Below, in pieces: positions 29,080 to 38,947 of a DNA stretch of 64,000 nucleotides. How positions within the stretch are numbered: the stretch's first letter is position 1; the number at the start of each line of letters is the position of its first letter. Source of the DNA: Planctomycetota bacterium (GTDB lineage: Bacteria; Planctomycetota; GCA-002687715; DRQF01). The DNA lies in assembly GCA_036479435.1 (NCBI GenBank), contig JAZGFI010000147.1, positions 25,866-89,865 of the forward strand, written 5' to 3'. The position numbers and the translations under genes were made by a program. The notes beneath the pieces are model-generated. The model saw nothing but the letters and a program-made list of their open reading frames with translations. It was not told the DNA's origin and ran no database searches.

Positions 29080-30420
29080 ATGAAACTCTCAGATCATCCC
29101 ACGGTGAAGCTCATGCGTGGGCACGAAACTCATCCCGCCCCGCTAACAAGTCATGAACCGCTCAAGAGTGAAGGGCTGCGACAACTCGTCCTGGACGCCG
29201 GCGCCGATGATGTCGGTTTTGTCGATATTGGCCGGCCAGCCCTCGACGATCAAAGGGCGGACATCCTGAGAGCATTCCCGCGCACGAAGGCCTTGATCAG
29301 TTTCGTCGTGCGCATGAATCGGGAGCCCATCCGGTCGGCGGCGCGCAGCGTGGCCAACCTAGAGTTTCACCGTGGCACAGATGGCGTCGGGGAGGTCGGC
29401 CACGCGGTCGTTCGGGCGCTTGAAGATCGCGGCGTCGCGGCTCTCAATCCGGCTCCGGGCTTTCCGATGGAGATGGACAAGTTCCCCGGCCGGACTTGGA
29501 TTGTGTCGCACAAGCCGGTGGCGGTAGCGGCAGGGCTAGGAAAGATGGGCATTCACCGCAACGTCATCCACCCCAAGTTCGGCAATTTCGTTCTGCTGGG
29601 CACGATCTTGGTGGATACGGCCATTTCGGACTACGGTCAAGCCATCGATTACAACCCCTGCCTTGAGTGCAAGCTCTGCGTCGCTTCTTGCCCGGTGGGC
29701 GCGATTTCGCCCAATGGCGACTTCAACTTCTCCGCTTGCTACACACACAACTATCGCGAGTTCATGGGGGGTTTTAGCGATTGGGCGGGGAAGATCGCTT
29801 CGAGCAAGAGTGCTTTGGGTTACCGGGCGAAAGTCAGTGAATCGGAGTCGGCCTCAATGTGGCAGAGCCTGTCTTTTGGCGCGAACTACAAGGCGGCCTA
29901 CTGTCTCTCCGTTTGCCCCGCCGGTGAAGACGTCATTGCTCCCTACTTGGATGATCGAAAAAGTCACGTTGAGCAGCACCTAAGGCCGCTTCAGGCCAAA
30001 GAGGAAACCATCTACGTCCTGAAAAACTCCGACGCCGCAGACCACGTCGCCAAGCGTTTTCCTCACAAGGACATCAAGCAGGTCGAGAACAGCCTGCACT
30101 CGCGCACGGTTGATGGTTTCATGCAGGGCCTTGGTCTGGTGTTTCAGCCCGGAAAGTCGGTGGGGATCGAGGCGACCTACCACTTTAGTTTTGTAGGTGC
30201 TGAGAACCGTGAGTTGACGGTTGTGATAAGAGATCGAAAACTCCAAATTACCGAGGGCCACCAAGGCAAAGCCGAGCTCAAAATTCGGGTGGACACCAAG
30301 ACTTGGTTTGGGTTTTTGGCGAAAGAGAAGAGCTTGGTTTGGGCCCTCCTAAGCCGCCGGATTCGCCTGAGAGGTTCGCCGAAGTGGTTGCTGGCTTTCG
30401 GCAAGTGCTTCCCGCAGTAA
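29080..30420 (+). CDS. QueG/reductive-dehalogenase-fold 2x[4Fe-4S] protein with C-terminal SCP2 domain
   Basis: ADDVGFV, HKPVAVAAGLG..G.HRNVIHPKFG, CLECKLCVASCPVGAI, CLSVCP; SCP2-type tail (ATYHFSF..IRLRGSPKWLLAF). Confidence 0.82.
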   Translation: MKLSDHPTVKLMRGHETHPAPLTSHEPLKSEGLRQLVLDAGADDVGFVDIGRPALDDQRADILRAFPRTKALISFVVRMNREPIRSAARSVANLEFHRGTDGVGEVGHAVVRALEDRGVAALNPAPGFPMEMDKFPGRTWIVSHKPVAVAAGLGKMGIHRNVIHPKFGNFVLLGTILVDTAISDYGQAIDYNPCLECKLCVASCPVGAISPNGDFNFSACYTHNYREFMGGFSDWAGKIASSKSALGYRAKVSESESASMWQSLSFGANYKAAYCLSVCPAGEDVIAPYLDDRKSHVEQHLRPLQAKEETIYVLKNSDAADHVAKRFPHKDIKQVENSLHSRTVDGFMQGLGLVFQPGKSVGIEATYHFSFVGAENRELTVVIRDRKLQITEGHQGKAELKIRVDTKTWFGFLAKEKSLVWALLSRRIRLRGSPKWLLAFGKCFPQ

Positions 30421-30433
30421 GAAATCACGTTCT

Positions 30434-30491
30434 GTGCCAGGCACCCGTCCGTCACTCTGGCACCGCAGAGTGACGGACGGGTGCCTGGCAC
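30434..30491. repeat. Perfect 26-bp inverted repeat (REP-like)
   Basis: GTGCCAGGCACCCGTCCGTCACTCTG - GCACCG - CAGAGTGACGGACGGGTGCCTGGCAC. Confidence 0.92.
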
Positions 30492-31078
30492 TTCTTGTGC
30501 AAGATGAGGTTTCGGGTGCTGATGATGGGCACGAGTGCGGTGCCGGCAATCCAGACCGGGTCTTTAGTGGCAAGGGCGTAGGTAAATAAAAGCGTGCCGC
30601 CGACGAGGGAGATCCAAAAGAAGGTGGGGCTTAGGTGGGCTTTGCCCGCGCGCTCGCTGAGGTGCCACTGGATGGGAAAACGCGCCAGCCAGATCAACTG
30701 ACCGACAACCCCGAGGTAAAACCAAAGGCCGCGATTTTCGGCGTAGATGTCGCTCGTGGCGAGGTACACCATGAGGTTTAAGAAGAGCATCGTCGCGCCG
30801 ATCTTGACGGTGGCGTGAAGAGTTGTGCGACCGACATCGAGCATGATGTGCCGGACGTAGAGAAAAAGGTTGGCAAGGCTGCCGAAAGTGAAGATGAGGC
30901 TTTCGCGGTGAAGGGCGTAGACCAAAAGGCAGAGCGACCCGAACAAAGACAGCCACCAAAAGGCCTTCGGAACCGTGATGCTCTTGGCGCGTTCGCTGGC
31001 GATCCACTGGATCAAAAAGCGGAGAAAGAAAAACCCCTGCCCAATCCACCCGATTGCCGTGAACACATCAAAGGGCAC
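30452..31078 (-). CDS. Lipid-A-disaccharide synthase N-terminal (LAB_N) tandem-domain membrane protein
   Basis: Two copies of GQxxFxxRFxIQWxxSE..P..FW..SL.G. Confidence 0.88.
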   Translation of the reverse strand: MPFDVFTAIGWIGQGFFFLRFLIQWIASERAKSITVPKAFWWLSLFGSLCLLVYALHRESLIFTFGSLANLFLYVRHIMLDVGRTTLHATVKIGATMLFLNLMVYLATSDIYAENRGLWFYLGVVGQLIWLARFPIQWHLSERAGKAHLSPTFFWISLVGGTLLFTYALATKDPVWIAGTALVPIISTRNLILHKKCQAPVRHSAVPE

Positions 31079-31087
31079 GTGCAGGTC

Positions 31088-33502
31088 CTACTTCACGGCA
31101 ATCGTGATCATGCGGCCCGGGATATAGCGAAAGACCTTCATCTCTTTGCCTTCGACGTAGGCCTGCACGCGCTCATGCGCGAGGGCCAAGGCCTTCAGCG
31201 CGTCCTCTTCGATGTCGGCAGAAACTTTGAGTTTGGCGCGGACCTTTCCGTTGATTTGAACCGGGATTTCGATTTCATCCTCGATGAGGAGCGCCGGATC
31301 GGCGGCCGGAAAACTGTGGCGGATAAGGCTTTCCTGGTGGCCCAAGCGTCTCCAGATCTCTTCGGCAATGTGAGGGGCATAGGGCGCCAACAACAACACG
31401 AAGGGCTCCATGATGGCGCGCGGTCGGCGCTCCATCTTCCCGATCTCGTTGACGAAGATCATCATCTGTGAAATCGCGGTGTTGAAGCGCAGGTTCTCGG
31501 AGTCGCGATCGACCTTGTCGATGGTTTGGTGCAGGACTTTGAGAGCGTTTGCTTCAGGTGCGGAGTCATCGACGATGGCGTGGAGTTGATCGTCCTCGTC
31601 GAAAAAGAGGCGCCAGACGCGGTTCAAAAAGCGCCGCGCGCCGTCGAGTCCCGTGTCGCTCCAGGGCTTTTCTTGTTCGATCGGGCCCATGAACATCTCG
31701 TAGATGCGCAGGGCATCGGCGCCGTGCGAAGCGACAACGTCGCTGGGGTCGACCGAGTTGTCAAAGCGCTTGCCCATCTTGCGGCCGTCATTGCCGAGGA
31801 TCATGCCCTGGTTGACGAGCTTGGCGAAGGGCTCATCGACGGGGCAGACGCCCAGGTCATAAAGGAACTTCGTCCAAAATCGCGAGTAGAGCAAGTGACC
31901 AACGGCGTGCTCGGCGCCGCCGAGGTAAAGATCGACGGGTAACCACTTCGCGGCCCGGATCGGGTCGCACAATACCTGGCTGTTCTCAGGATCGATGAAT
32001 CGCATGAAGTACCAAGAGCTCCCGGCGGAACCGGGCATGGTGTCGGCTTCGCGCTGGCCCTGGGCACCGTTCTCAAGATCGACCTCAATCCACTCGGCCA
32101 TGGATGCCAGCGGAGATTCCCCGGTGCCGGTGGGCTGGTAGTTTTCAACTCTGGGAAGGGTCACCGGTAGGTCGCCATCCGCCACGGGATGAGGCTTGCC
32201 GTCGGCGTCGTGCACGATGGGGATCGGTTCACCCCAGTAACGCTGACGCGCAAAGATCCAGTCGCGCAAGCGGTAGCGGACGATGCGTTGGCCGACTTTG
32301 TTTTCGACCAGCCAGTCGATCATCTTCGCGATTCCGTCTTCTTTGCCCAAACCGTTGAGCCAGTCTGAATTGACATGGGGTCCGTCGCCGGTGAAGGCGG
32401 CCTCATCGACCTTGCCACCTTTCAGCACTTCGACGATGGGCAAGCCAAACTTTGTGGCGAAGGCCCAATCGCGCTCGTCGTGACCCGGCACGCACATGAT
32501 GGCGCCGGTGCCGTAGCTCATCAGTACGTAGTCCGCCACCCAAATTTGCACGGGTTGCTTGGTGACCGGGTTGATGGCGAAGGCGCCGGTGAAGACCCCA
32601 CTTTTTCCGGCCTCGGTTCCTGTACGTGCGATCTCTGACTTTGCCGCTGCCTCTTTGCGATAGGCGTCGACGGCCTTTTGGTATTCGGCGGTAGTGATGT
32701 GGCCGACGAAGCTGTGCTCGGGTGACAGAACACAAAAGGTCGCGCCGAACATCGTGTCCGGGCGGGTGGTGAAGACCTCGAGTTTCAACTCGTGGTCGAC
32801 GATGGCGAAGGTGGCGTCCGCACCTTCCGAGCGGCCAATGCGATCGCGCTGCATCGCCTTGATGGACTCGGGGAAGTCGACGCGCTCTAAACCTTCCAAC
32901 AGGCGGTCGGCGTATTCGGTGATGCGCAGCATCCACTGTTTCATCGGCTTGCGCTCAACCGGATGGCTGCCACGTTCGCTCTTGCCGTCGATGACTTCGT
33001 CGTTGGCCAAGACTGTGCCGAGGGCAGGGCACCAATTGACGAGGGCTTCAGACTGGTAGGCGAGGCCCTTTTCGAAAAGCTTCAAAAAGATCCACTGCGT
33101 CCAGCGGTAGTAGTCGGCGTCGTAGGTGCCGAACTCACGGTCCCAATCGTAGGAGAAACCGACGAGTTTCAACTGCTTGCGGAAGGCATCGACGTTGGCC
33201 TTGGTCGAAACCTCGGGATGGACACCCTGTTCAATGGCGTATTGTTCGGCGGGGAGACCAAAAGCATCCCAACCCATGGGGTGCAAGACCTCAAAGCCCT
33301 TCATTCTTTTGTAACGGGCAACAATGTCGCTGCCGGTGTAACCCTCGACATGTCCGACGTGGAGGCCCGAACCGGAAGGGTAGGGGAACATGTCTAGGAC
33401 GTAATAGCTGGGCCGCTCCGAATCGGTATCGGTGCGGAAGCTGTCGTTGGCTTCCCAGTGCTTTTGCCAGCGCGGTTCGATCGTCGAGGGATCGTAGGCC
33501 AT
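31088..33502 (-). CDS. leuS: Leucine--tRNA ligase
   Basis: MFPYPSGSGLHVGH, HPMGWDAFGLPAE, RQRYWGEPIP, GGAEHA, KMGKR (KMSKS-like). Confidence 0.98.
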   Translation of the reverse strand: MAYDPSTIEPRWQKHWEANDSFRTDTDSERPSYYVLDMFPYPSGSGLHVGHVEGYTGSDIVARYKRMKGFEVLHPMGWDAFGLPAEQYAIEQGVHPEVSTKANVDAFRKQLKLVGFSYDWDREFGTYDADYYRWTQWIFLKLFEKGLAYQSEALVNWCPALGTVLANDEVIDGKSERGSHPVERKPMKQWMLRITEYADRLLEGLERVDFPESIKAMQRDRIGRSEGADATFAIVDHELKLEVFTTRPDTMFGATFCVLSPEHSFVGHITTAEYQKAVDAYRKEAAAKSEIARTGTEAGKSGVFTGAFAINPVTKQPVQIWVADYVLMSYGTGAIMCVPGHDERDWAFATKFGLPIVEVLKGGKVDEAAFTGDGPHVNSDWLNGLGKEDGIAKMIDWLVENKVGQRIVRYRLRDWIFARQRYWGEPIPIVHDADGKPHPVADGDLPVTLPRVENYQPTGTGESPLASMAEWIEVDLENGAQGQREADTMPGSAGSSWYFMRFIDPENSQVLCDPIRAAKWLPVDLYLGGAEHAVGHLLYSRFWTKFLYDLGVCPVDEPFAKLVNQGMILGNDGRKMGKRFDNSVDPSDVVASHGADALRIYEMFMGPIEQEKPWSDTGLDGARRFLNRVWRLFFDEDDQLHAIVDDSAPEANALKVLHQTIDKVDRDSENLRFNTAISQMMIFVNEIGKMERRPRAIMEPFVLLLAPYAPHIAEEIWRRLGHQESLIRHSFPAADPALLIEDEIEIPVQINGKVRAKLKVSADIEEDALKALALAHERVQAYVEGKEMKVFRYIPGRMITIAVK

Positions 33503-33628
33503 GATGAATCTCTTTTTGGTCTTCGAGAGCTTTGGCGCGGATTCTAACGGTTGCAGCGACGCTCCTCTATGCGAAACCTTGACTTCGCCAGGGAGGCCTT
33601 CAAGGGCGCGGCGTCGCCCTCAGGAAAG

Positions 33629-34801
33629 CTATGTCGCCCTTAGGAGCGAGCGCGCGTACTCATATTCGCGCGCGATATCGGCCACGAGATCCTCGTCCTG
33701 AGCCTGAGCCGCGGCACCAGGGATGGCGTGCCACGAGTAGGTCTCGATCTCGAAATGCTCGACAGTCCCGAGTTCGAGCGCGGTCTTAGTGGCCGCTTCG
33801 AGGTCTGGCCGCGTGGTCAATAGACCCTCGCCGGCCTCTGCCCAGTAGATGGGGACGTGGAAGTGGATACGCGCTTCGGCGTCGTCGCGTGAGTCGATCA
33901 GCTCAAGATACTCGGGAAGATCCTCAAAGGCGTCGAGCAAACCGTCATGCCGTTTGGCGATGACTTGGTGCAGGTAGCGAGGCTCGGCGTAGCCGGCAAG
34001 CCTTTCCACCGCCACCGCGCGGTCGCCCGGACGTTCGAGCCGCAAGGCCGTCGACATCTGCATCTTGGCGATTCGAATCCCTGCGCTTTTAAAACGACGA
34101 AGGGACTCATCGGCGTCTTCGAATTCGACGGCCTGATGGCAGGTGTCGTAGCAGGTGCCAAGGTGCCTGCGGATTCGATGTTCCTCCGAGCGCGTGCTGA
34201 GCAGAGATTGAAAAAAGTCAATCCACTCTCGGCTGGTTTCGAAAGCGCATCCAGGTTCGGGCTCGACGGCAAGAACGATCTCACGCCCGGTGTCTTTTTC
34301 GATGCGTTCGAGCCCTTCGGCTGCGAGCCGGAGATTTTTTGCGATCAACTCGTAATCAACGCTCTCGAATTCCTTGTAGGAGCCGGGGAGAGTGCTGACC
34401 GACTGAAAAGTTGAGCGCGTCGGAAGATGCGCCATGATCTGCGCTACCCGCAGCGTATAGCGCAGCCGCTCGCCTTGTTGCCAATCCGGGCGATAGACTT
34501 CGGTCTTGACGCGGGCTGCATGGAAATCGCCCAGCGGAAAGGCGTTGGCGGTCAGAGCGTAGGCGTTCAGGGTATCGAGAGTGCTGCGCAGTCGGGCGAG
34601 AAGTTTGGGCTGTTGCACGAACTGCTTTGCGGCATCCCCGCCGAAGAACAGTCCCATCGCTAAAGGTTCAGTGCTGCCCAACTTGGCGCGCAGTGGCGGC
34701 ACGAAGCGTTCGAGATTGGCGATCAACTCTTCGGCGGACGCGGTCGGATGAACGTTGCCGCAGTAGGTCAGGTGCCGAGGAGGTGAATTGGCGATTTCCA
34801 T
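33629..34801 (-). CDS. eboE: Metabolite traffic protein EboE (xylose-isomerase-like TIM barrel)
   Basis: HLTYCGNVHP, FHAARVK..VY.PDW, LAVEPEPGC, CYDTCHQAVEFE, EPRYLHQ, RIHFHVP, EIETYSW. Confidence 0.85.
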   Translation of the reverse strand: MEIANSPPRHLTYCGNVHPTASAEELIANLERFVPPLRAKLGSTEPLAMGLFFGGDAAKQFVQQPKLLARLRSTLDTLNAYALTANAFPLGDFHAARVKTEVYRPDWQQGERLRYTLRVAQIMAHLPTRSTFQSVSTLPGSYKEFESVDYELIAKNLRLAAEGLERIEKDTGREIVLAVEPEPGCAFETSREWIDFFQSLLSTRSEEHRIRRHLGTCYDTCHQAVEFEDADESLRRFKSAGIRIAKMQMSTALRLERPGDRAVAVERLAGYAEPRYLHQVIAKRHDGLLDAFEDLPEYLELIDSRDDAEARIHFHVPIYWAEAGEGLLTTRPDLEAATKTALELGTVEHFEIETYSWHAIPGAAAQAQDEDLVADIAREYEYARSLLRAT

Positions 34802-34878
34802 GTTCTCTAGATAGCAGAATAGATGCTCTGGGCCCTAAGATCTCTTCTCAGCCGAGTCTTGGGCCGGCCCAACTCTGT

Positions 34879-36888
34879 TCAGAGGACGAAGTGATCGATG
34901 TGCCGCAGGGGACTCATCATCGCCGCGGGTTCGGCGAGTTCCATGAGCTCGGGCGAACAAGGTAGGGTAGTGTGCCCTTCGGTGATCGAGCGCCACAAGG
35001 CGACCGGCTTGGACTTTTCGAGGAAAGCCTCGCGGTCGCGCCGTCTGCGGAAAGAAACCACGATGGGGCCGCAACCGACCTCATCCGCGAGATAGCGGAA
35101 GAGGAGATCTTCGTCGGTTTCGCTCAGGTTGATGCCCGGATCAACGTAGATGCGGGCGAAAGCGCCATCAACCGTCAACGCCGATTCCAAGCGATGAACC
35201 GCATAAACGAGAGCATTAGTCGAAGCGCTAGGCCGCGTCTCGTAGACCGGATTGAGCAGACCGTCAAAGCGAAGCGGCGCCCTTTCGGCCATGATGCCCT
35301 GCAAGGTTGGGATGAGTGATTCGTTGAGCTGAGCGGCTAACGCTGCCTCAGGCGCCACGGCATCTGCGCTTGCTGTTTGCCGTTCGGCGGCGCCCACCCG
35401 GCGGTCGAGTTCGCGCTCGGCGTTTTTCAGTTGGCGAAGGGTTCGGCTCATGAGGTCGATTTCGACGTCGCGCCGAATCTCGGCCTCTACCTGTTCCGCC
35501 AGATTCTCTCGGTTTGAAACGAGCGCCTTGGTCCACTGGCCAGCGATGGCAAGTGCCGCATGGGTGGCGCGAATGAGGGGCACCTCTGGCGTGCCGCCGC
35601 CGCTGCTTCTTGTGGTTTGCCCCAAGGGTCGTTCGAGGTTGACGAGTAGTTGCTCAAGCTGGGCTTTCTCGCGCGGATCATCGCGGTAGGGGGCTAGCCA
35701 CTCCGCGACTTCCTTGCCGGCTTCGCGCGTGGCGACCCGGTCGACGACGCGGCGAAGACTTGTCGAGTCGATTTCATCTAAGTCGGCGGGGGCCCCGACC
35801 CGCGCGATACGCTTCAGGCCTTCCTCGCGAAGATCGGTGAGTTTGCGACGGGCGATGGTGAGCGCCTTGGCGCGGCGAAAAAGGCCCAGGCCGCGCAAAC
35901 CGGCTCCGATAAGGCTGGCGATCGCTGCAATTGAGGCAACGGCAAGCCCAAACTCTGCAAGCGCTTGACTAAAAAGCCATAGGCCAAACGCAAAGAGTGC
36001 CAGACCTGCGGTACAAGTCGCCGTCGCCACGGCCATGCCGATGAAGCCATCGCCGCGGCGGCGCGTGTGTTGACGTAGACGTTCGTACTGACTCTCTGCG
36101 TTTTCGAGCTGCCCGGCGAGCGTCTCAATTCCGCTCAATAAGGCGGCTACGGGAAGTCGTGAATCCGAGCGAGTGGGGGCAAGCTTACGACCCATGTCAT
36201 CCAAAAGCTGGATACGGCGGCGCAGCAGTCGGGCGTCGATCTCGCGGGCCTGATTCAGAGACTCGAGCAACTCCCCGACGGCCGGGGGATCGATCGGTTC
36301 GACATGGTCGCCGCCCGATTCTTCTTTGAGTGTCTTTAGAGCGGCTTCAACCTGGCTCCGGCGGTCGCTAATGGCCGATTTTTCTTCGAGCAAGACATCG
36401 AGGTCTAGCTCATTGCTGTTCACCTTCGGCAGCTCGGCTCGAAGTCGCCGACCCAAAGACTTGGGATCGGCCGCGTCGTCTTTCCCAGGCTGTTCGCGAT
36501 CGTCGAGGCGATAGCGCTTTTCGAAGGCTTCGCGATTTAGTCCCAGGATCTCATGGCCGAGGCTCTGATGACAGGTTTGGGCCGACTGCCCCGGATAGGT
36601 CAACCTAGTTTGCCGGGTCACCCAATCTCTAGATGCAGTCGTCACCTGCCCCTTGGGGCCGCGAAAGGTCAAAGCCGCGGATACCAGCTGTGATGGGGTT
36701 TCATCGGAGTAGAGAATTCTCGTCAACAGATCGCCCAGATCCGCAGATTCGAGGCCTTTCGGCAAATCAACCAAGGTTAACTGGTCTTGGCCCAACTCGA
36801 CCGCCACGGGTTCTTCACCCTCAAACTGTAGGTGAATAGACTCGAGTCTGAGAGAGCCGTTTCGGATTAGATCAATCGTCGCGGGCAT
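34879..36888 (-). CDS. Hypothetical coiled-coil protein with central TM hairpin, degenerate YhaN/SMC-like architecture
   Basis: Long heptad regions, two TM helices; termini resemble ABC/SMC head halves without a Walker A motif. Confidence 0.6.
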   Translation of the reverse strand: MPATIDLIRNGSLRLESIHLQFEGEEPVAVELGQDQLTLVDLPKGLESADLGDLLTRILYSDETPSQLVSAALTFRGPKGQVTTASRDWVTRQTRLTYPGQSAQTCHQSLGHEILGLNREAFEKRYRLDDREQPGKDDAADPKSLGRRLRAELPKVNSNELDLDVLLEEKSAISDRRSQVEAALKTLKEESGGDHVEPIDPPAVGELLESLNQAREIDARLLRRRIQLLDDMGRKLAPTRSDSRLPVAALLSGIETLAGQLENAESQYERLRQHTRRRGDGFIGMAVATATCTAGLALFAFGLWLFSQALAEFGLAVASIAAIASLIGAGLRGLGLFRRAKALTIARRKLTDLREEGLKRIARVGAPADLDEIDSTSLRRVVDRVATREAGKEVAEWLAPYRDDPREKAQLEQLLVNLERPLGQTTRSSGGGTPEVPLIRATHAALAIAGQWTKALVSNRENLAEQVEAEIRRDVEIDLMSRTLRQLKNAERELDRRVGAAERQTASADAVAPEAALAAQLNESLIPTLQGIMAERAPLRFDGLLNPVYETRPSASTNALVYAVHRLESALTVDGAFARIYVDPGINLSETDEDLLFRYLADEVGCGPIVVSFRRRRDREAFLEKSKPVALWRSITEGHTTLPCSPELMELAEPAAMMSPLRHIDHFVL

Positions 36889-37178
36889 GGGACCTTCTCT
36901 GGAGCGGGTAGACTTTCATGACTATCTTCGGATCAGGAGGGGCTGGGACTTTATGCCGCAGCGGGTTTTTATTCAGTAACCTTCCCTCACTCGCGGCTGA
37001 TCGGCTTGCGGTCGCTTGAGGGGGAGGAGAGTTGACTTTGGATTTGAAAGTGTAGTGAAAAGCGTCTGACGCAATTGTTGTGGGTTTGTTTTGGTGTTTG
37101 GGATTGTTGGCTTGGGTTCTTTTCGTTCGCGGCTTATCCGGTCAAATCACTGGAGTGTGAGGCCCAAAGGAGTGTCTT

Positions 37179-38312
37179 TTGCGGCTAGAAGGTCAAAAAC
37201 TCATGAGCGCGGCGACGCGGCTGGCGGCGGCAGAAGGTCTTGAGCCAGCCGGGGGGCTGGCCTTGTCGGAGATCGGTGACGATCGCTTTGAGGCTTGGCT
37301 CGAACGTGGCTTTGATGGTGAGATGGGCTACTTGCGTCGCTATCGCGATCGCCGGTTACGTCCATTGGAGTTTTTTCAGCCCTACGTCGCGGTGATGACT
37401 TTCTTGGCGCCCTACGAGCGCACACCGGCTTCGGATGATCCTCAGATCGGAGATATCGCCCGTTACGCCCTCGGCGACGACTACCACGAAGTCCTAAAAG
37501 CCAAACTTCGACGCGTCGTCGAGTCGTTGCAAGAACTAGACCCAGACTTTGAGGGCCGTCCGCTCGTCGACACGGCTCCGATCTTGGAAAAGCTCGCCGC
37601 CGCTCGCGCCGGATTGGGCTGGCAGGGAAAGCACAGCAACCTTATTCGCCAAGATCGCGGATCTTGGTTTTTCCTCGCGGAGCTTTTGGTGAACCGGCCG
37701 CTGCCGTTGCCGCCGGCGGAAGCGTCGCCCAACCGCTGCGGAACTTGTGTCGCCTGCATCGATGTCTGTCCGACTCAGGCTATCGTTGAGCCCTACGTCG
37801 TCGACGCCCGGCGCTGCATTTCGTATTTGACCATCGAACTGCGCGGTCCCATCCCCCACGAGTTTCGTCCTTTCATCGGCAATCGCATCTTCGGCTGTGA
37901 CGACTGCCAAGCTATTTGCCCTTGGAATCGTTTTGCCACGGAGTCTCCCATTGCGGAGTTTCGAGCGCGCCCCGGGCTGCGCAATCGCACCTTGACCGAG
38001 TGGCTAAAGATGTCGCTTGAGGATTGGCGCGTCACTTTTCGGCGCTCGGCTGTAAAGCGCGCCAAGTATGCTGGTTTTAAGCGCAACGTCGCGGTGGCTC
38101 TGGGATGTGCGGCCGATGCGGCGACAATCCCGGACATTGTGAAGGCCTATGCGAAAGAAGACGCGCTCGTTCGTTCGCACTTGGTCTGGGCCTTGGGAGA
38201 GATGCCTGATGCGGCCGGGCTCAGTGCACTAAGCGAACTCAAAGTTAGCGAGTCGGACGAAACCGTCTGCGAAGAAATCGAACTCGCCTTGACCGCGGCC
38301 AATCGCGCTTGA
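37179..38312 (+). CDS. queG: Epoxyqueuosine reductase
   Basis: IARYALGDDYH, VDTAPILEK, GSWFFLAEL, CGTCVACIDVCPT, CISYLTIE, GCDDCQAICPWN; start may be ATG 37203. Confidence 0.95.
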   Translation: MRLEGQKLMSAATRLAAAEGLEPAGGLALSEIGDDRFEAWLERGFDGEMGYLRRYRDRRLRPLEFFQPYVAVMTFLAPYERTPASDDPQIGDIARYALGDDYHEVLKAKLRRVVESLQELDPDFEGRPLVDTAPILEKLAAARAGLGWQGKHSNLIRQDRGSWFFLAELLVNRPLPLPPAEASPNRCGTCVACIDVCPTQAIVEPYVVDARRCISYLTIELRGPIPHEFRPFIGNRIFGCDDCQAICPWNRFATESPIAEFRARPGLRNRTLTEWLKMSLEDWRVTFRRSAVKRAKYAGFKRNVAVALGCAADAATIPDIVKAYAKEDALVRSHLVWALGEMPDAAGLSALSELKVSESDETVCEEIELALTAANRA

Positions 38313-38314
38313 AC

Positions 38315-38947
38315 TTAGTTTGACCTCGCCGAGAACGCAGCGAGAGCTGCGGCGTAGTCTTCGGGATGGTCAAGATCGCGCCGTACCCACTCATTGCTGA
38401 CGATGGCGTGTGCAATAAGATCTTGGTGTCTTCCGAAGACGCTGCGCGCCGAGCCCGATGCCTCAAGATCCAAAAGCTCACGGGCGACGGCGGCGGAGAA
38501 GAAAATCGGATGTCCGCGCCGCATGCCGATAGAAGTAGCCGCAACGCGGCGGCCCACCTCATCACTCGGGCTAACGTCGTAGGCTGCGCTCACCGCGTCG
38601 TAGTCTTCCTGCGTTACCAAGGGCAGATCAACCGGGTGCAGCACTAAGGTGTCGGTACTTACATCAGCGCTGGCCGCTCTCAATCCGCACTGCAAAGAGG
38701 TGGTCTGGCCCTGTTCCCAGTCCAGGTTCTCGACAAAGCCAAGTCCATGCCTTTCGGCCTCAGCGGCGACCGCCGCCGCATCGTAGCCGCCCACCACGAT
38801 CGTTCGGCAAGGGGAAGGGAGGGTCAAGGCTGCCAACAGAGCCAGCGCCGTTTGCCCCTGAAAATCGAGGAGAGCCTTCGTTTCACCCTGCATCCGAGAT
38901 CCGCGCCCCGCCGCGAGAATGACGCGCGTAGTTGTGGTTAGGCCCAC
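38315..38947 (-). CDS. MocA/MobA-like nucleotidyltransferase family protein
   Basis: ILAAGRGSRM..KALL, PVDLP, RRGHP, DLDHPEDY. Confidence 0.85.
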   Translation of the reverse strand: MGLTTTTRVILAAGRGSRMQGETKALLDFQGQTALALLAALTLPSPCRTIVVGGYDAAAVAAEAERHGLGFVENLDWEQGQTTSLQCGLRAASADVSTDTLVLHPVDLPLVTQEDYDAVSAAYDVSPSDEVGRRVAATSIGMRRGHPIFFSAAVARELLDLEASGSARSVFGRHQDLIAHAIVSNEWVRRDLDHPEDYAAALAAFSARSN

